DNA of 64,000 nt, taken from positions 206,630 through 270,629 of the IMG/VR virus record IMGVR_UViG_3300017917_003822; one strand, written 5' to 3'. The stretch's first letter is position 1. Each line of letters starts with the position of its first letter. This DNA is from a virus. This document shows positions 63,045 to 64,000 of the stretch, piece after piece. Position numbers and translations under genes: made by a program. The notes below the pieces were generated by a model that was not told where the DNA came from, did no database searches, and saw nothing but the letters and a program-made list of their open reading frames with translations.

Positions 63045-63290
63045 TTATTCTATTACTCCATCGGTTCCATCCAGACTATCATGAACTGAATTAAGGCCAT
63101 TCACTGCTGAGGTTAATTTGGAATACATCCATGGGGACAGCTGTTGTCCTTTATTTACTCTATCCAGAATCATGTTGGCGTAATCTGAGATTCGTTCCAA
63201 ATCTCCTTTTGCCATCCTATTTAACCCATCGACAACCTCCTGTGGGGTTCTTTCAGCTGAAAATTCCTCTAGTAGTTTAATATTTTTCAT
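63045..63290 (-). CDS. hypothetical protein with MKNIKLLEEFSAE N-terminal motif
   Basis: 81-aa minus ORF. Confidence 0.35.
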   Translation of the reverse strand: MKNIKLLEEFSAERTPQEVVDGLNRMAKGDLERISDYANMILDRVNKGQQLSPWMYSKLTSAVNGLNSVHDSLDGTDGVIE

Positions 63291-63292
63291 GA

Positions 63293-63757
63293 TTATGATT
63301 TGTGATTTAATGTTTCAAAAACAACCTTCTGTTCCTGTAGATAAACGTCAGTGTCAACATAAACCATACCCAGATGATTCTCTTTGTCACGATCACTGAT
63401 GTCGGTGATGGAAAGCAAGGTTACATTCACTTTCTCACCTTTTCTACCCTGCATCATTAGCTGGTAGTCATTCAACCAATACTGGCTGTTGTGAATTCTA
63501 TATGTTGGACGATCTGGTGAATTTCCATTCGGTCTCACATCGAAATACTGATAGTGAACAAACATCGTACTTCCATAGAATGAAAAAACTCTTCTCTCTG
63601 CTTCATCTACAGTTGCTGCAGTTTTGGGCATGAGAGATGCAAAGAAAGCAGGATCTATCTCATTCTCAACATCAAGCTCCTTCGGATCAAATCTGTCGAT
63701 TGTCATCTCATTTAGAACGCTACCTGAGAAGTCCTCGTATAGTGCAATGTGTTTCAT
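63293..63757 (-). CDS. hypothetical protein with MKHIALYEDFSG N-terminal motif
   Basis: 154-aa minus ORF. Confidence 0.4.
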   Translation of the reverse strand: MKHIALYEDFSGSVLNEMTIDRFDPKELDVENEIDPAFFASLMPKTAATVDEAERRVFSFYGSTMFVHYQYFDVRPNGNSPDRPTYRIHNSQYWLNDYQLMMQGRKGEKVNVTLLSITDISDRDKENHLGMVYVDTDVYLQEQKVVFETLNHKS

Positions 63758-63765
63758 GTTATTAG

Positions 63766-64000
63766 TTATATATTATTTTGATCGGCATCTGAAATATCAT
63801 CTTCAAAAAATTCAAAATTTTCAATGACTTCTTCATTAATTACCGGTTCCTTATACTCCACATTAAAAAATAAAAGCCTTTCAATTAATGAATCCAAATC
63901 ATTAAAAAATTCTAAATTGGGTTGGGTTGTATTAACCACTTGTTCCTCCGTGATTTCACTATAGTGAAAAATGTCTACTGAATTATGTGCTAAAAAATAT
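63766..64000 (-). CDS. partial CDS (C-terminal 77 aa; N-terminus beyond window end)
   Basis: Minus-strand frame is open from the window edge to stop TAA (forward TTA at 63766-63768). Acidic ...EEVIENFEFFEDDISDADQNNI*. Confidence 0.35.
   Translation of the reverse strand, partial: YFLAHNSVDIFHYSEITEEQVVNTTQPNLEFFNDLDSLIERLLFFNVEYKEPVINEEVIENFEFFEDDISDADQNNI

Noticed and set aside
1-64000. CRISPR arrays or other long direct-repeat arrays
   Set aside because: No regularly spaced short direct repeats were seen. The only tandem repeats are protein-coding paralog arrays at 46.5-48.6 kb and 49.5-50.8 kb.

Overview
Low-GC, densely packed, mostly single-strand-coded sequence. It looks like a segment of a large virulent bacteriophage genome, probably infecting a Bacteroidetes/Flavobacteriia host. 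The host guess is inference from lipoprotein signals of the '...L(T/F)SC' type, A-rich leaders without Shine-Dalgarno, and recurring TAnnTTTG -7 boxes. About 130 short genes run on the + strand from 1 to ~55.7 kb, then a minus-strand block occupies ~55.7-56.8 kb and 58.9-64 kb.

The striking content is a dispersed toolkit for tRNA and translation maintenance:
- a T4 RnlA-like RNA ligase next to a metallophosphoesterase and a polynucleotide-kinase-like P-loop protein (RNA-repair cassette)
- a second Rnl5-like ligase
- a Thg1-like 3'-5' nucleotidyltransferase
- two CCA/poly(A)-polymerase-head nucleotidyltransferases
- a minimal PTH2-type peptidyl-tRNA hydrolase
- a clear SmpB homolog, followed immediately by a Mesh1/SpoT-like HD hydrolase
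- an array of five tRNA-like genes (50.9-53.4 kb) with near-identical acceptor and T arms, four of them carrying 10-95 nt insertions

Other recognisable products are ClpP, GalE, cyclophilin, an SPFH/flotillin-like protein, a Macro domain, a 5'(3')-deoxyribonucleotidase, an M28-like peptidase, a leucine-rich-repeat protein, two paralogous SLT-like proteins, and GIY-YIG and HNH endonucleases.

Other structure of interest:
- a 14-copy promoter-like motif (T-run-ATTCCGAG-N9-TAYATTTG) and several hairpin terminators
- an AT-rich island carrying a decayed tyrosine-integrase C-terminus
- two tandem paralog arrays with identical DNA segments
- a shared N-terminal 'MKxIxL(F/Y)E(D/E)F..NE' motif on at least 11 proteins, reminiscent of T4 capsid-targeting/prohead-protease processing signals

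Many ORF-track N-termini use TTG/GTG; where an obvious ATG sits just after a promoter box I give the adjusted start. One locus (~56.28-56.40 kb) reads 1 nt out of register with the ORF track, so my hand-counted coordinates may be off by 1-2 nt there; no features anchor at that locus.
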